Positions 1 to 12,794 are shown, counted from the first letter of the stretch. The stretch: 64,000 nucleotides of DNA from an uncultured Acidobacteriaceae bacterium (GCA_963774175.1 CAVZDT010000023.1:4542-68541); one strand, 5' to 3'. Numbers and translations: made by a program. The notes: generated by a model not told the origin, from the sequence alone.

Positions 1-2753
<2,753 letters not shown>

Positions 2754-3414
2754 GCTTCACTCCTGAGGCTCGTCACACCAGGATCCGCCTCGGCGGACGC
2801 TGGGCCAGCGCCCGAGTCTCGAGGCGCCAGCTGTTTACGTAAGAAGAACCAATGATTCCGGACTGGCACACCGCACGTTGCCAATCCCGTCCGAAACACC
2901 CGGCCAAAAGCCGCTGCTTCGGTATCCCGCGCCAAGCGTGTTTCATTGGTTACGGCGCGTGTGAAAATCGCGCCACAGGCGTTGTCTCACTTCAGGGTGT
3001 TGCGCTAGACTGCGCACAATCGGAGCAGATCTGCCGGTAAATCCCGGCTCACACGATCTGCAGACGCATGTAGATTTGGTGAAAAGCCCAAATCTGCTGC
3101 AAATGGAGACACGAAAGCCCGCGAGGACACAATTCCTCACGAGCGCGGCTTATTGCCTGTGCTCCCATCCGATTTTTGTTGCATTCCTATCGCCGATCCC
3201 AAAGCTCGCTTCTGCTGCCCGCCGCCTGCCAATCGACATCCGTCAACAGGAAGTCCGCCTATCCTGCTGACCCTAGAGCACTTAACTCCGCGTTACTGCT
3301 CGTCCCAAGGCTGCTTGGCCCAGCCGAGAGTGCGAACATCGGTGCCCTTTTACTCTTTATCAAGACGCGCCGTGTGTGGTTTTCGCCCAAACCGCAGAAA
3401 AACCAGTATGGGCC

Positions 3415-3448
3415 GAAAAGACGCGCAACGTTTATCGTAGCGCGTCCC
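3415..3448 (-). terminator. Probable intrinsic terminator/attenuator downstream of rplL
   Basis: On - strand GGGACGCGCTACG-ATAAA-CGTTGCGCGTCTTTTC: GC stem plus short U tract about 30 nt after the rplL stop. Confidence 0.5.
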
Positions 3449-3475
3449 GGCTTGTCTTGCAAGTGGCGTACCAAA

Positions 3476-3853
3476 TTACTTGACTTCGATGGTGGCCACG
3501 CCTTCAAACTTCTTCTTGATGGCCTCAGCCTCGTCCTTGGTCGCGCTTTCCTTCAGCGCCTTGGGAGCGCCATCGACCAGGTCCTTGGCTTCCTTCAGGC
3601 CGAGCGAGGTAACCTCGCGGACAGCCTTGATGGTGTTGATCTTGTTCGCGCCGGCATCCTTCAGGATGACCTGAAACTCGGTCTTCTCCTCAACCGCCGG
3701 AGCCGCCGCCGCGCCACCGCCACCAGCAACTGCAACTGGGGCCGCTGCCGCTGCCGAGACGCCAAGGCGCTCTTCAAGTTTCTTCACCAGGGCCGCCGCT
3801 TCAAGCAGGCTCAGGCTTACAATCTGTTCTTCCAACTGTGCGAGATCCGCCAT
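3476..3853 (-). CDS. rplL: 50S ribosomal protein L7/L12
   Basis: [36 protein letters not shown]...EEKTEF...[14 protein letters not shown]; GGAG RBS before ATG at 3853. Confidence 0.98.
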   Translation of the reverse strand: MADLAQLEEQIVSLSLLEAAALVKKLEERLGVSAAAAAPVAVAGGGGAAAAPAVEEKTEFQVILKDAGANKINTIKAVREVTSLGLKEAKDLVDGAPKALKESATKDEAEAIKKKFEGVATIEVK

Positions 3854-3995
3854 TTTCTTCTCCATTCAAAATCGTTTGTTGAATTTCCCGTTCGAGACGA
3901 GATCCCTGTCCAAAAATCCCGCCCCACGCAGTGGAAGTTTCCGATGCGCCAGACCCGCGCCCTTCCCGCCTGCCTTACCGCCAAAACCCTGAAAA

Positions 3996-4059
3996 CAGTT
4001 GTCAGCTCTCAGTCGTCAGCCTTCAGAAACTGAAAACTGGGAACTGAAGACTGAGAACT
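3996..4059. repeat. Inverted heptamer-repeat array #1 (rplJ-rplL spacer)
   Basis: CAGTTGT CAGCTCT CAGTCGT CAGCCTT CAG / AAACTG AAAACTG GGAACTG AAGACTG AGAACT. Confidence 0.85.
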
Positions 4060-4068
4060 CGCGGCCTT

Positions 4069-4602
4069 TTAGGCCGCTGCGAACTTTTCTTTTTCCACGC
4101 CCTGGTTGATGACCACCGCCAGGTCGCGTCCCGTCGCGTTCAATACTGTCACCAGCCGCTGCGCCGGAGCGTTGATGAGGAACAGCAGCTTGGCAAAGAT
4201 CTCTTCCTTGCCCGGCATCGTCGCCAGCGCCTTGACCTCTTCCACATTCAACAGCTTGCCGTCAACGATCCCCAGCTTGAACTGAAACTCCGCGTTCTCG
4301 CCGGCCCACTTCGCGAAAACCTTGGCCAGAGCCACCGGGTCGCCGGAAGTAAACGCAACCGAGTTGACCCCCTTCAGGCCCTTCAGTGCCGGGGCGATCT
4401 TGGAGCCTTCGCTCGAAACCGCGGCCAGCTTGTTCTTCACTACGCGATACTTGCCACCCGCTTCGCGGATAACCTTGCGCAGTTCGTAATCCTTGGCAAC
4501 CGTCAGTTTGCTGAACGTGCCGATAATCGCAGTGGTCGAGGTCTCCAGCTCCTTAGCCAGCCGCTGGACCTTCTCCGTCTTCTTTGCCTTCGAAATTGCC
4601 AT
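4069..4602 (-). CDS. rplJ: 50S ribosomal protein L10
   Basis: ELRKVIREAGGKYRVVKNKLA...VKALATMPGKEEIFAKLLFLINAPAQRL; position between rplA and rplL. Confidence 0.97.
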   Translation of the reverse strand: MAISKAKKTEKVQRLAKELETSTTAIIGTFSKLTVAKDYELRKVIREAGGKYRVVKNKLAAVSSEGSKIAPALKGLKGVNSVAFTSGDPVALAKVFAKWAGENAEFQFKLGIVDGKLLNVEEVKALATMPGKEEIFAKLLFLINAPAQRLVTVLNATGRDLAVVINQGVEKEKFAAA

Positions 4603-4617
4603 GTCTTCGCTCCGCTC

Positions 4618-4783
4618 AGACAGTTTTCAGTTGTCAGTTCTCAGTTTTCAGTACCGCAAAACCTGCCCGACTCTGAATTCTGCTGCTGCTCCCAATCTTT
4701 TCGCCCAGGTCTGGGCATCTCAAATCCCGCCGACTTCCGCAAGTTCTAACTGACAACTGTCAACTGAAAACCGACGACTGTCT
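4618..4783. repeat. Inverted heptamer-repeat array #2 (fills rplA-rplJ spacer)
   Basis: AGA CAGTTTT CAGTTGT CAGTTCT CAGTTTT CAGT ...about 95 nt... AACTG ACAACTG TCAACTG AAAACCG ACGACTG TCT. Confidence 0.9.
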
Positions 4784-4784
4784 T

Positions 4785-5492
4785 TTAGTGCTTGCCGGCC
4801 GAATCAGCCACTGCCGAATCCAGCGGGACACCAGGGCCCATCGTCGAGCTCAGCGTGACGCTCTTGATGTACTTGCCCTTGGCCGCCGAAGGCTTGGCAC
4901 GGACAATCGACGTAATCACCACCGTCGCATTGTCGATCAGCTTTTGCGGCTCGAAGCTCAGCTTGCCCACCGGCACGTGCACCAGGCTGGTCTTGTCGGC
5001 TCGAAACTCTACCTTACCGGCCTTGATCTCTTTTACTGCCGCCGCCACATCCTGGGTCACGGTTCCCGTCTTCGGGTTGGGCATCAGGCCTTTGGGGCCG
5101 AGCACTTTGCCCAGGCGTCCGACCACCTTCATCATGTCGGGCGTTGCAATCAAAGCGTCGAATGCCGTCCAGTTCTCTTTCTGGATCTTCTCGACCATCT
5201 CTTCGCCGCCAACAAAGTCGGCGCCGGCTGCTTCCGCCTCCTTCTGGCGGTCGCCGGACGCGATCACGGCAACGGTCTTGGTCTTGCCCAGTCCATGCGG
5301 CAGAACCACGGTTCCGCGCACCATCTGGTCGGCATGCCGGGTGTCGACTCCCAGACGCATGGTCAGGTCGACAGTCTCGTCGAACTTGGCGTATTTCACC
5401 TGCTGCAGCAGGCTTACAGCTTCATTCAGCGGATACGCCGGCTTGGTCACAGCCGCGCGCGCCTTCGCAATATTCTTGCTGGGTTTTGCCAT
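4785..5492 (-). CDS. rplA: 50S ribosomal protein L1
   Basis: [15 protein letters not shown]...[12 protein letters not shown]...[19 protein letters not shown]...SSTMGPG; start MAKPSK with GAGG RBS. Confidence 0.98.
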   Translation of the reverse strand: MAKPSKNIAKARAAVTKPAYPLNEAVSLLQQVKYAKFDETVDLTMRLGVDTRHADQMVRGTVVLPHGLGKTKTVAVIASGDRQKEAEAAGADFVGGEEMVEKIQKENWTAFDALIATPDMMKVVGRLGKVLGPKGLMPNPKTGTVTQDVAAAVKEIKAGKVEFRADKTSLVHVPVGKLSFEPQKLIDNATVVITSIVRAKPSAAKGKYIKSVTLSSTMGPGVPLDSAVADSAGKH

Positions 5493-5643
5493 CAGTTCCT
5501 CGTCTCCCACCGCACTTGCCAGTCCGCCTGTGGCGGAAACCTGGAGGCCATGCGCCTGAAACCTCGGCGCATAACGCCCTCGAACAGGTCCAAATGCCGT
5601 GGTGTTATTGACGGCCGGGGGACTTCCCCCGGCACATCTATGG

Positions 5644-5672
5644 ATCATAGCGAATTGGAACCGGAAATGCAA
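5644..5672 (-). promoter_or_regulatory. Sigma70-type promoter for rplA-rplJ-rplL
   Basis: - strand TTGCAT-17 nt-TATGAT, about 150 nt upstream of the rplA start. Confidence 0.7.
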
Positions 5673-5696
5673 CGCACACCGCCGGTATTCCAGCAC

Positions 5697-7991
5697 TTAG
5701 CGCGCCACCCCACCCGGCGGGACATGCTCTTCCAGGTAGCGAACAATCAGCATTCGAAGGTGCAGAGACGTCCCTTTTCCCTCGTATAACCCATGGCTCC
5801 GGTTCGGATAATCCATAAAATCGAATGACTTACCCAACTCGATCAGCTTGTTGACCAGCTCTTCGCTCCCCTGAAAATGCACGTTGTCGTCCCCCGACCC
5901 GTGAACCAGCAGAAGATGCCCCTTCAATCCGCCAGCGAAATTGATGGGCGAGCCATCGTGATAGCCCTGTTTGTTGTCCTGCGGAAGTCCCATGTAGCGT
6001 TCCTGGTAGATCGTGTCGTAACCCGACTGATCAGGCACCGGGGCTACCGCAATCCCGGTAGAGAACATATCGGGATAACGGAACATCAGGTTGAGTGTGT
6101 TGGAACCGCCGCCGCTCCAGCCCCATATCGCCATTCGCGTGGTATTGATATAAGTCCGTTCCGCCGCAGCCGTCTGCATGGCTTCGGAAATCTGTACAGA
6201 CGAGAGCACCCCGATCGCCCCATAGACCGACTTTCGCCACTCCCTGCCCCGCGGCGAGGTTGTTCCTTCGTTATCGATCGTCAACACAATGTATCCCTCT
6301 TTGGCGATCAACCCATGAAACAGCCTCTCGCTGCCGGCCCATTGATCTTGCGCCGTCGAAAACCATGGCTCACCGTACACCGAGAACAGGACGGGATACT
6401 TTTTCTTGGGATCGAAGTCCGGCGGCTTGATCATCCATCCATCGAGGACAAGACCGTCCTTGATTCTGACTTTGAAGAACTCCGTTTTCGATGAAAGCAG
6501 CGGTGCGACTTTCCCAGCAAGCTCCTTGCTGTCCACAAGCGTGCGCAGCACACGGTACCCGGACAGATCCACGAGCTCAACCTGCGGCGGAACATCGGCG
6601 CTCGACAAAAAATGGAATGCCCAACGCCCATTCGGCGCAAAGTCAAAATCATGGGTGCCGGGCAGATTGGGCGGCGTCACCCGTTCGGGCAGGCCCGTTC
6701 CGTCCGCCCGGCATCGATAGAGATACTTCCTTACCGGATCATCCGGAGAGGCCGTGAAATACAGCCAACCGGCTTCCTCATCCAGCCCAACCGTCTCAAT
6801 CACGTCGCCTGCAAAGTTGCTGACCAGCCGGCTTCGCCCGTCCGCGAGATCGATCCGGTAGATGTGCCGCCAGCCGTCCCGTTCACTCTGGACGAGCAGA
6901 TCGCTGTGAGCCGCATCTTTCGCGGACTTGATCCATCGGATCGGTGAAACGTCGAGCCACGCCTTGTCGGTATCTTCGAAGATCTCCCTGGTGTCGCCGT
7001 TCTCCGCATTGGCCAGCAGGTACTGACTCTTTTTCTGCAGCCGATCGAGATATTCAACCATGACGGAGTGACTTCCCGGCTCCCACTCCAGTTGCGCTAC
7101 ATAGTGATTGCGCGGATCGCCTTCGAGCTTCAGCCAAACCGTCGTTCCTCCCGCAGCCGGCACAATCCCGACCCGGACCGCGGGGTTCGTCGTTCCCGCC
7201 AGCGGATACTTGTACTTCTCTGTTGTTGGATAGCGGCTCGCGGTGTCGTTGATCAGCGTGTATTCGCCGACGTTCGACTGATCGAACTGCCAATATGCGA
7301 TGTAGTTGCCATCCGGACTCCAGCGATAACAGTTCCTGAGGTCCAGTTCCTCCTCATTCACCCAGTCCGAGGTGCCGTTGATCATATCCGCGGAGCCATC
7401 CGTCGTGAGCTGCGTGATCCTCGCGGTCCCCACCTCCTCAACGTACAGATTGTTGGCGTGCACATAAGCGACGCGAGCCCCATCCGGCGAAAACGCCGCA
7501 TACATCAATGACGAGGCGGGTGCATCTCCGCCGATCTTGACCAGCCTTGCCGCGGGATCGCTCACCTCACGATCGAAAACCCAGTAATCTCCACGCGTAT
7601 TGGCTCTCCACACCCTCTGGCTGTTCGTAAAAATGAGCACCTTCTTGCCATCGTCGGACCATGAATACCCCTGGACTTCGATCGCGTTCTTTGCGCCCGC
7701 CGGCTTCAAATCGTCCGGCGAAGCGACGACGGTGCGCTTGCCTGACACGGTTTCATATACGACCAGGTCCATCCCTTTGCCATCCGGCGTCGGCTCCACA
7801 GCGGAATAGGAGTTCCCTTGTTCCCGCCAGGCAATATCGATGCCCGCTGAACGGTAGGTTCCCTTGCTGAAGATCTCCTCCAGCTGGTGAGCAAGTTGGG
7901 GGGACACTTCTGCGCAGGAAACGCAGCAGCACAGGCCTGTCAGAAACACACCAAGACAGACCAAGAGAAAGTCGCCCTTAGGTCGGCGCAC
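5697..7991 (-). CDS. S9 family dipeptidyl-peptidase IV-like peptidase, exported
   Basis: Signal peptide, DPP-IV N-terminal propeller (DWVNEEE), nucleophile GWSGGG, HGSGDDNVH, C-terminal His (YPNRSH). Confidence 0.92.
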   Translation of the reverse strand: MRRPKGDFLLVCLGVFLTGLCCCVSCAEVSPQLAHQLEEIFSKGTYRSAGIDIAWREQGNSYSAVEPTPDGKGMDLVVYETVSGKRTVVASPDDLKPAGAKNAIEVQGYSWSDDGKKVLIFTNSQRVWRANTRGDYWVFDREVSDPAARLVKIGGDAPASSLMYAAFSPDGARVAYVHANNLYVEEVGTARITQLTTDGSADMINGTSDWVNEEELDLRNCYRWSPDGNYIAYWQFDQSNVGEYTLINDTASRYPTTEKYKYPLAGTTNPAVRVGIVPAAGGTTVWLKLEGDPRNHYVAQLEWEPGSHSVMVEYLDRLQKKSQYLLANAENGDTREIFEDTDKAWLDVSPIRWIKSAKDAAHSDLLVQSERDGWRHIYRIDLADGRSRLVSNFAGDVIETVGLDEEAGWLYFTASPDDPVRKYLYRCRADGTGLPERVTPPNLPGTHDFDFAPNGRWAFHFLSSADVPPQVELVDLSGYRVLRTLVDSKELAGKVAPLLSSKTEFFKVRIKDGLVLDGWMIKPPDFDPKKKYPVLFSVYGEPWFSTAQDQWAGSERLFHGLIAKEGYIVLTIDNEGTTSPRGREWRKSVYGAIGVLSSVQISEAMQTAAAERTYINTTRMAIWGWSGGGSNTLNLMFRYPDMFSTGIAVAPVPDQSGYDTIYQERYMGLPQDNKQGYHDGSPINFAGGLKGHLLLVHGSGDDNVHFQGSEELVNKLIELGKSFDFMDYPNRSHGLYEGKGTSLHLRMLIVRYLEEHVPPGGVAR

Positions 7992-8126
7992 GAGTTACCT
8001 CCAGTTAGTTCTGGTGCAGATTCTTTGTTTTCTTCTTCGAGGGTGAGAACAGTCTAGACCAGTTTTTCTCTGAATCCCGTATCTCTTGTTCCATTTAGTT
8101 GACATATCGCCCGTCCCGCGCGACCG

Positions 8127-8153
8127 CAACAATTTCCATGCTTTGGCATCTAA
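8127..8153 (+). promoter_or_regulatory. Possible ECF-sigma promoter upstream of the VWA-like gene
   Basis: CAACAA-16 nt-TCTAA; spacing and -10 resemble RpoE-type promoters, -35 only a partial match. Confidence 0.25.
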
Positions 8154-8231
8154 ACAAATGAAAGGGAGTGAGCAGTGCGCCCCAACTTGAGGTCATTGCG
8201 CAGGGGCGCTCGGAAGTTTAGGAGTAAATAT

Positions 8232-9179
8232 ATGAGAAAAACAACTTTAGCAGTTGCACTCGCCGCTGGAGCCTTTCTGACGGTTTCCCCAGCCTTTGCC
8301 CAGAATCAGCAGGGGCAGGGTCGTGCCGTGGTTACCATCCTGCCTTCGCAAAAGAACGGAGATGTCGGTCAAATCGCGTCCCAGAGCCTTAAGCTGAAGG
8401 TCAACGGCAAGCAATCGACCGTTACCAGTTTCACCCCGCTGCAGGACGCGAACAGCCCGGTAGAACTTGTTTTGCTGATCGACGGCGGCGCTCGCACCAG
8501 CCTCGGATCCGAGTTCACCGAAATTGAGAGCTTTGTGAAGGAGATGCCACCTAACACGAAAATGGCGATCGCCTACATGAACGTCGGCCGTGCTGAATTG
8601 GCCTCTCCGCTCTCGTCCAACGCGGCGGATGTGCTGAAAGGTTTGCATCTCAGCGCCGGTTTCCCCGGCTCCAACGCCAGCCCGTATTTCTGCCTCTCCG
8701 ACCTAGCCAAAAATTGGCCGTCGCATGATCGCACCGCGCGCCGCGAGGTTCTTATGATTACCGACGGCGTCGACAATTACGAGCGCCGCTACGATCCTGA
8801 GGATCCGTACGTCGACGCGGCGGTCAACGATTCCGTGCGCGCCGGCTTGATCGTCTACTCGATCTACTGGAAAGACATGGGCCGCTTCAACAGCGGTTGG
8901 TACGAAACCAATGCCGGCCAGAATCTCCTGCTGATCGTGACCCAGGCTACCGGCGGCAACAGCTACTGGGAGGGAGTTGGCAACCCGGTTTCGCTCCAAC
9001 CCTACTTCCAGGATCTGCGCCGCAGGCTGGATCACCAGTATGAGCTCAACTTCACCGCGCCGACGAGCGGCAAGCCAGCAGTCGAGACGATGAAGGTGGA
9101 CCTGCACGTCCCGTCTGCCAAGGTTGATGCTCCGCAGCGGGTGCTTGTCACCGGTCCCGCCAGCGCCCGTGGCGAGTAA
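8232..9179 (+). CDS. Exported VWA-like domain protein
   Basis: Signal peptide MRKTTLAVALAAG; ELVLLIDGG, REVLMITDGVD, TQATGG, QYELNF pattern typical of VWFA-related proteins; AGGAG RBS. Confidence 0.75.
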   Translation: MRKTTLAVALAAGAFLTVSPAFAQNQQGQGRAVVTILPSQKNGDVGQIASQSLKLKVNGKQSTVTSFTPLQDANSPVELVLLIDGGARTSLGSEFTEIESFVKEMPPNTKMAIAYMNVGRAELASPLSSNAADVLKGLHLSAGFPGSNASPYFCLSDLAKNWPSHDRTARREVLMITDGVDNYERRYDPEDPYVDAAVNDSVRAGLIVYSIYWKDMGRFNSGWYETNAGQNLLLIVTQATGGNSYWEGVGNPVSLQPYFQDLRRRLDHQYELNFTAPTSGKPAVETMKVDLHVPSAKVDAPQRVLVTGPASARGE

Positions 9180-9199
9180 CGCAATACTTCGCAATAAGA

Positions 9200-9237
9200 C
9201 AGGCAGGCGATTCTCAAATCGCCTGCCTGCACTTTTT
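9200..9237 (+). terminator. Intrinsic terminator
   Basis: CAGGCAGGCGATT-CTCA-AATCGCCTGCCTG followed by TTTTT. Confidence 0.8.
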
Positions 9238-9519
9238 ATGGGGGACCATACACCAGGCGCCTGAGACCCGCCGCCTGCACAGACAGCCTGAAACCCTCCG
9301 CAGTTCGCCTTTCTTTATAGAAACCCGTCGCCATGCCGTATAGTTTTTTTGAGCCGGCAACGGCCGGTCGGGCTCCATGCTTTCAACCCCTTTCCCCCGC
9401 CAAAGCCCGCCGAAAACCTGCTGCTCCTCTGCCACGCACGTACGAACGCGATAGCGAGGTCTTTTGATCTCCCTTCGACACTTGTTGTGCGCAGATGAAC
9501 TCTTTCGAAAAGGATTCTC

Positions 9520-12507
9520 ATGCGACAAGCCCGTTTGGCTTTGGCTCTTTCCTCTTTTTGTTTTCTTGGCGCCGCCGCTTCACTTTACGCACAATCGCTA
9601 AACACCAGCTTCGCCCGCGATCCGCAGCAGCCCGTCGATCAGGAATACACCGACCACATCCACAAGTACACGACCGATCCGTCGTTCACATCGCCGCTGG
9701 TCGACTACCTGCCTGCCTCGAAGACCGTGCCGACTCCCGCCAAGGTCCTCGGCGACGTTTCCGGCGCGCCCGACATGCTTCCCTACGCCGAGGACGTCTA
9801 CAAATACTTCCGCATGCTGGCCGCGGCCAGCCCGCGCGTGAAAGTCGTCACCATCGGACACAGCGAAGAAGGCCGCGAAATGATCGCCGTCGCCATCGCT
9901 GATGCCGACCTGCTGAAAAACGCCGACGCCAACAAGCAACGCCTGGCCCAGCTCGGCGATCCGCGCACCATCAACTTCGACGACGCCAAGGCGCGCGGCC
10001 TGATCGATCAGTCCTATCCCGTCTACTACATCACCGGCACCATCCACTCTGTTGAAACTGGCGCACCGACCGCGCTGATGGAGATGGCTTATCGCCTTGC
10101 CGTCGACGACTCGCCCTACATCAAGTACATCCGCTCGCACATGATCGTGCTCATCACGCCGGTGGTGGAAGTCGACGGCCGCGATCGCATGGTCGACATC
10201 TACCGCTGGCACAAGGCGCACCCCAACGAGCAATGGCCGCACCTTCTTTATTGGGGTCACTATGTCGCGCACGACAACAATCGCGATGCCATGGGCATGA
10301 CCCTCGACCTCACTCGCAACGTGCTCGATACCTACCTCGACTGGCACGCGCAGGTGCTGCACGACCTGCATGAGTCTGTTCCCTTCCTTTACGACAATAC
10401 CGTCGGCGACGGCCCCTACAACGCCTGGGTCGATCCGCTGCTGGCCGACGAATGGGCCGAGCTTGGCTGGAACAACGTCGCGCAGATGCAGAGCTTCGGC
10501 ATGCCCGGCGTCTTCACTCACGGCGACTTCGATACGTGGAGCCCCGGCTACCTGATGTTCCTCGCCGCCATGCACAACGGCATCAGCCGCCTCTACGAAA
10601 CCTTCGGCAACGGCGGCGCCGATACCGAAAAGCGCATCCTCACGCCCGAGGAGTACTCACGCACCTGGTACCGCCAGAATCCGCCGCTCCCCATAGTCAC
10701 CTGGTCGCAACGCGACAACAACAACTACGAACAGAGCGCGCTGCTCACCACCATCTCCTACTTCGCCCAGCACTCGCATCACTTCCTCGAGGACTACTAC
10801 GCCAAGAGCAAGCGCTCCATCCAGAAGCCAACCCTCGAAGGCCCCGCCGCCTACGTCATTCCACCCGACGCCGCAGCCACCAACCGCGAAGTCGAATTGC
10901 TCAAGGTCCTCAAGCGCCAGCACGTTGAAATTCAGCAACTCTCCGACGCAGCCACCTGCAATGTTCCCGGCGAGAAGCGCGACGACAAGCCGAAGCAGGA
11001 GACCTTCGCCGCCGGCAGCATCGTGATCCGCATGGATCAGCCGTACTCGCGCATCGCTGATGCCCTGCTCGATCGCCAGTTCTGGGCCCCCGACGATCCG
11101 CAGAAGCACCCCTACGACGATACCGGCTGGTCGTTCACCCACCTTTTCAACGTGAAGACCGTTCGCGTCACCGATGATTCCATCCTCAAGGCCGCCATGA
11201 AGCCCGTCGATGATCCAGTGTCGCTCGCAGGCAAAATCGATGGCGCCGGTTCCGTGATCGCCGTGAACAACTCCGGCCAGGTCTCGTTGCTCTCACTTGT
11301 CTACAAGCTCAAAGGCGCGAAGATCCAGGCAACCGAAAAGCCCTTTGATGCCGAAGGCAAACACTTCGCCGCCGGATCGTTGCTGATCTCCGGTGCCGAC
11401 GATCAGGCCGCATCTGCGCTCCACGATCTTGCCCTTGATGGAACAAAGCTGTCCTCAGCGCCTTCCGTCGCCATGCATGACGTTACCGCGCCCCGCATTG
11501 CCTTCATGCACACCTGGCTTGCAACTCAGACCGAGGGCTGGTGGCGATACGCCTTCGACACGGCCGGCATCCCCTACGACTACATGAGCACACAGGCCGT
11601 CGCTAAGCAGGACGACCTGCGCTCAAAGTACGACGTCATCATTTTCGCCCCCGTCGGCCGCTCGTCCTCGCTCGACATCATCAACGGCCTGCCGATGTGG
11701 AACAACGCAATGCCCTGGAAGAAATCCGACATCACGCCGAACCTCGGCCGCATCGACTCCACCGACGACATCCGCCCCGGCCTCGGCTACGACGGCCTCG
11801 AGCACCTGCGCAGATTCGTCGAGCGGGGCGGTCTTCTCGTCACCTGCGAAGACACCGCGCAGTTCGCCGTCGACACCGGCCTCGCCCCCGGCGTCAGCGT
11901 TGCGCCCCACGGTGATGCGCGCGTAGTCGGCTCTGTGCTCAACAGCGTCTTCGTCGCGAAAGACAACCCGATCGCGTTCGGCTATGGCGCGAATCTCCCC
12001 GTCATCAGCGCCAACGGCATGGTCTTCAGCATCAGCAACACGCTCGGCCGCGCCGGCGGGAGGATGTTGATGGATCCCTATTCCGAAAGACCCACCGGCC
12101 GCGGCAGCCTCGAAGAAAATGACGAACCGCTGGGCCGCAAAGCCACCGAATCTGAGCCGCTCGAAAAGACGCAACCGTGGGAAGCCAAAAAGCTGAATGA
12201 AGAACAGACCCGCAACAACTTCAACGTCATTCCCCAGCGGCTGCGCCCCGAAGTGATCCTGCGCTTCTCCGGCAACAAGGATCTGCTGCTCGACGGCCTG
12301 CTCGACAAGGGAACTTCCATCGCCGAACATGCCATTGTGGTAAACGCGCACCTGGGCGAAGGCAGCGTCCTGCTCTTCGGCAACAACCCCATCTACCGCG
12401 GCGAAACCATCGGCGATTATGCCCTGGTGTTCAATGCGATCTTGAACCACGACCACCTGGGCCGGCCCGCGGAAAGCGAGGAGAAGAAGTCGACGAAGGG
12501 TGAATAG
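9520..12507 (+). CDS. M14 family zinc carboxypeptidase-like protein, exported
   Basis: Signal peptide; IGHSEEGR, HxxE (IHSVE), DNNRD and DLHE motifs; 995 aa with strong codon bias. Confidence 0.88.
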   Translation: MRQARLALALSSFCFLGAAASLYAQSLNTSFARDPQQPVDQEYTDHIHKYTTDPSFTSPLVDYLPASKTVPTPAKVLGDVSGAPDMLPYAEDVYKYFRMLAAASPRVKVVTIGHSEEGREMIAVAIADADLLKNADANKQRLAQLGDPRTINFDDAKARGLIDQSYPVYYITGTIHSVETGAPTALMEMAYRLAVDDSPYIKYIRSHMIVLITPVVEVDGRDRMVDIYRWHKAHPNEQWPHLLYWGHYVAHDNNRDAMGMTLDLTRNVLDTYLDWHAQVLHDLHESVPFLYDNTVGDGPYNAWVDPLLADEWAELGWNNVAQMQSFGMPGVFTHGDFDTWSPGYLMFLAAMHNGISRLYETFGNGGADTEKRILTPEEYSRTWYRQNPPLPIVTWSQRDNNNYEQSALLTTISYFAQHSHHFLEDYYAKSKRSIQKPTLEGPAAYVIPPDAAATNREVELLKVLKRQHVEIQQLSDAATCNVPGEKRDDKPKQETFAAGSIVIRMDQPYSRIADALLDRQFWAPDDPQKHPYDDTGWSFTHLFNVKTVRVTDDSILKAAMKPVDDPVSLAGKIDGAGSVIAVNNSGQVSLLSLVYKLKGAKIQATEKPFDAEGKHFAAGSLLISGADDQAASALHDLALDGTKLSSAPSVAMHDVTAPRIAFMHTWLATQTEGWWRYAFDTAGIPYDYMSTQAVAKQDDLRSKYDVIIFAPVGRSSSLDIINGLPMWNNAMPWKKSDITPNLGRIDSTDDIRPGLGYDGLEHLRRFVERGGLLVTCEDTAQFAVDTGLAPGVSVAPHGDARVVGSVLNSVFVAKDNPIAFGYGANLPVISANGMVFSISNTLGRAGGRMLMDPYSERPTGRGSLEENDEPLGRKATESEPLEKTQPWEAKKLNEEQTRNNFNVIPQRLRPEVILRFSGNKDLLLDGLLDKGTSIAEHAIVVNAHLGEGSVLLFGNNPIYRGETIGDYALVFNAILNHDHLGRPAESEEKKSTKGE

Positions 12508-12580
12508 TGACATTCACTGGACGCATATCTCCTGCGATTTTCTCTTTCCCCATGCAGGAGTTTGTGTCATGCTTTTTGGC

Positions 12581-12688
12581 ATGGGAAGCAAAGACAAAGG
12601 TAGGAAAGAAGCGAAGAAGGCTCCGAAACCCAAACCGAAACCCGAGCCCGCGCGGCGCGAGATCTTCACCCCCGCTCCGCCAAAGTAA
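12581..12688 (+). CDS. Small Lys/Pro-rich basic protein (35 aa)
   Basis: MGSKDKGRKEAKKAPKPKPKPEPARREIFTPAPPK*; followed by the bidirectional terminator. Confidence 0.55.
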   Translation: MGSKDKGRKEAKKAPKPKPKPEPARREIFTPAPPK

Positions 12689-12731
12689 AGAGCTCGGCAA
12701 GCTGCGCCACAAGAGGTGCAGTGTCGCAATA

Positions 12732-12762
12732 GAAAAGGCCCTCCCGCGGGGAGGGCCTTTTC
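12732..12762. terminator. Bidirectional intrinsic terminator ending the rplK transcript
   Basis: Perfect inverted repeat GAAAAGGCCCTCCC-GCG-GGGAGGGCCTTTTC with T tracts on both strands. Confidence 0.9.
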
Positions 12763-12794
12763 ATTTACGGCAATGTAAGCCAGTCCGGACTTAC

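Noticed and set aside
5493-5696. N-terminal extension of L1 shown in the ORF track
   Set aside because: The extension overlaps the promoter and leader; the RBS and homology support the start at 5492
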